Shown in pieces: positions 62,383-64,000 of a DNA stretch of 64,000 bases; position 1 is the stretch's first letter, and the number at the start of each line of letters is the position of its first letter. The translations under genes were made by a program, and so were the position numbers. A model generated the notes under the pieces. That model did not search any database. It worked only from the letters and a program-made list of their open reading frames with translations, and was not told the DNA's origin. Origin of the DNA: an uncultured Candidatus Saccharibacteria bacterium (GTDB lineage: Bacteria; Patescibacteriota; Saccharimonadia; Saccharimonadales; CAYLGV01); the NCBI GenBank assembly GCA_964394925.1, contig CAYMZG010000004.1:31208-95207 (forward strand), given 5' to 3'.

Positions 62383-63981
62383 TTATGCTTCGTTCGTAGG
62401 CATGTAAATTAACAACGGTCCTTTGGAGGAGTCGTCATTTTCTACAGCCTGGACGTATGTAGAGTTACGTGAGGTATGGTACCTCAGTTGCTGTAAACGA
62501 CTGAGCACTTCTAGGTCTTCACCTTCAACTTCCAAACACTTTCTCCAACGGTCAGGACTATAGTGTTGGCCTTCGGGCAAAAGTCGTAGGTGAGCAATGC
62601 GGCTCACAAGAGCATTCTTTTCGTCGTTAATTGGTCCCTCTTCAGTATCTAGAGCATCTGCGCACATAAAGAAAGTAAGTAACTCGGCCGCCACGGCATT
62701 GAATGCTAGAAGTTTCTCTTTTGATCGTACGCGTTTATTACCAAGCTGAAACTGTAAGTCATGGTTCATTAGTACTTGGACACGTAACGGGTGTTCATCA
62801 CTTTGAACATCGAAGGTACAAATATAGTATTGTGGGTTCTTCGGATGCTTAACAATGCTTATCCCTAGTGAGTCATCGCCATCGAGATTGTAGCGAATAC
62901 CTCGACTGTTCAAAAACCGACGCCGTTCAAGTAACACTTTCTGGCGCGCATCCTCAATGATCGATTGAAACAGCTTAACGTCACTCTCGTCGACTTTATC
63001 AACCTGGTTAAGAAGTTTGTCGATAGGGTGGAAGGCTCGACGATCTTCCTCACTTTCGGGTCGAATAGTAACATGTAAACCAAGTTCAGGATCAGATATA
63101 ATGTGTGACTTTCGCCTTTGGCCAGTAGTTTCACTGATTATCTGCCTTCCTTCTTCAAGTTGGACCTTATAGTACTCAAGCAGATCCTCCCATTCAGCAG
63201 TAGTAATCTCGGGATCATTAGCAGATGACATAACAGTCACAACATAGCCATCATCCGTCACATACTCATCTGTACGCATTTGTGACATAGAATCAAGGAA
63301 TGACATCCCAGGCTCATAACCCTGTTCGCGAAGTTGCTCTGCTGTCTCTGGATCTTCGTAGAGTGTTTCGTACATAGCATCAACCGAACTACCAATATCG
63401 TCAATCACGCTGTGTCTGCTAGCTCTCATAATATTAGTAAGGTTGGAGCTCATATCGGGAACATAGTTTGGTAACTCATGGAGTACTTCATAGTCGGCGT
63501 TGGTAAATTCAAGCAGGAAGTCACGCATATCAGGCATTTCCTCACAAACAGCTTCGACGGCAATATCAGCTAAATGCGGCACCTCATCTAAAACATCTTG
63601 ATGACGCGAACGTGAGCCAAACTCCTCGATAAATCGGTTTATAGCTGCTTCACCGTTCAACTGTTCGGTATACATCTCCATCGCCAACATCCTGCGCTGG
63701 AACTCTTCTGCACCAAGTGCCATAACTGCAATTGAGCCATGCTGTAATCCAACACGACCAAAATGGCTTTCTAATGCTCGGTATTGCTCATCCGTTAGCC
63801 TACCGCTTTCGATGCTTTGCTGAATGGTTGCATTTGCTTCTGTGTATATGTTACCTCGACTAGACATCACAAATTCAACATCGTGGTGAATACGCAGTAC
63901 ATTAAGTGCTCGCAAACATGACATAGAGTAACCAAACAAACTAGGTTGATCGAGACGAAAACGAGGAATTGCCTGGATCAT
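62383..63981 (-). CDS. Hypothetical large protein (532 aa)
   Basis: Uninterrupted ORF with no motif recognised. Confidence 0.5.
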   Translation of the reverse strand: MIQAIPRFRLDQPSLFGYSMSCLRALNVLRIHHDVEFVMSSRGNIYTEANATIQQSIESGRLTDEQYRALESHFGRVGLQHGSIAVMALGAEEFQRRMLAMEMYTEQLNGEAAINRFIEEFGSRSRHQDVLDEVPHLADIAVEAVCEEMPDMRDFLLEFTNADYEVLHELPNYVPDMSSNLTNIMRASRHSVIDDIGSSVDAMYETLYEDPETAEQLREQGYEPGMSFLDSMSQMRTDEYVTDDGYVVTVMSSANDPEITTAEWEDLLEYYKVQLEEGRQIISETTGQRRKSHIISDPELGLHVTIRPESEEDRRAFHPIDKLLNQVDKVDESDVKLFQSIIEDARQKVLLERRRFLNSRGIRYNLDGDDSLGISIVKHPKNPQYYICTFDVQSDEHPLRVQVLMNHDLQFQLGNKRVRSKEKLLAFNAVAAELLTFFMCADALDTEEGPINDEKNALVSRIAHLRLLPEGQHYSPDRWRKCLEVEGEDLEVLSRLQQLRYHTSRNSTYVQAVENDDSSKGPLLIYMPTNEA

Positions 63982-64000
63982 ACCACTATACAGGCTTCTA

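Overview
Gene-dense 64-kb chromosomal window that reads cleanly with the standard bacterial code. About 85 protein genes and one tRNA are supported. No rRNA, CRISPR array, transposase or integrase was seen.

Core content:
- Ribosomal and transcription genes secE-nusG ... rplK ... rplA and rplJ-rplL, the latter with an L10-type leader.
- A dcd plus fused tmk-thyX nucleotide block.
- dnaX-dnaB ... ybaB-recR, then nrnA and cysS.
- A glycosyltransferase and DD-carboxypeptidase envelope block.
- A cydA plus short-partner oxidase, with a CHASE histidine kinase, a response regulator and a Crp-family regulator nearby.
- A UvrD-nuclease helicase.
- A complete F1Fo ATP synthase operon on the minus strand.
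- A sortase with a candidate substrate.

The small housekeeping set, Gram-positive-type envelope genes, many short lineage-specific ORFs and frequent leaderless-looking starts suggest a reduced-genome bacterium, possibly Patescibacteria/Saccharibacteria-like. That placement is inference only.

Most unusual observation: immediately downstream of tRNA-Gln(UUG) there is an array of single-gene cassettes (about 32.7-35.7 kb). The cassettes are separated by at least six direct copies of a composite 70-90 bp repeat. Each repeat has a conserved 5' box, a terminator hairpin with compensatory stem changes, and a palindrome/TTGCAA junction. The first copy carries a 17/18-nt duplicate of the tRNA 3' end. 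No recombinase is visible in the window.

Other points worth follow-up:
- Two unknown ORFs are translationally coupled inside the atpA-atpG-atpD core.
- Tmk and a tandem-domain ThyX are fused, next to dcd.
- Orphan ORFs interrupt the conserved secE-nusG-rplK-rplA cluster.
- rplA has an extension of about 100 aa.
- dnaX has an A7 slippery run with an immediate -1-frame stop.
- The partner of cydA is half the usual size.
- A divergent promoter pair drives two long structured leaders at 13.6-14.0 kb.

All coordinates and motifs were read by eye from the sequence. No database search or folding computation was run.
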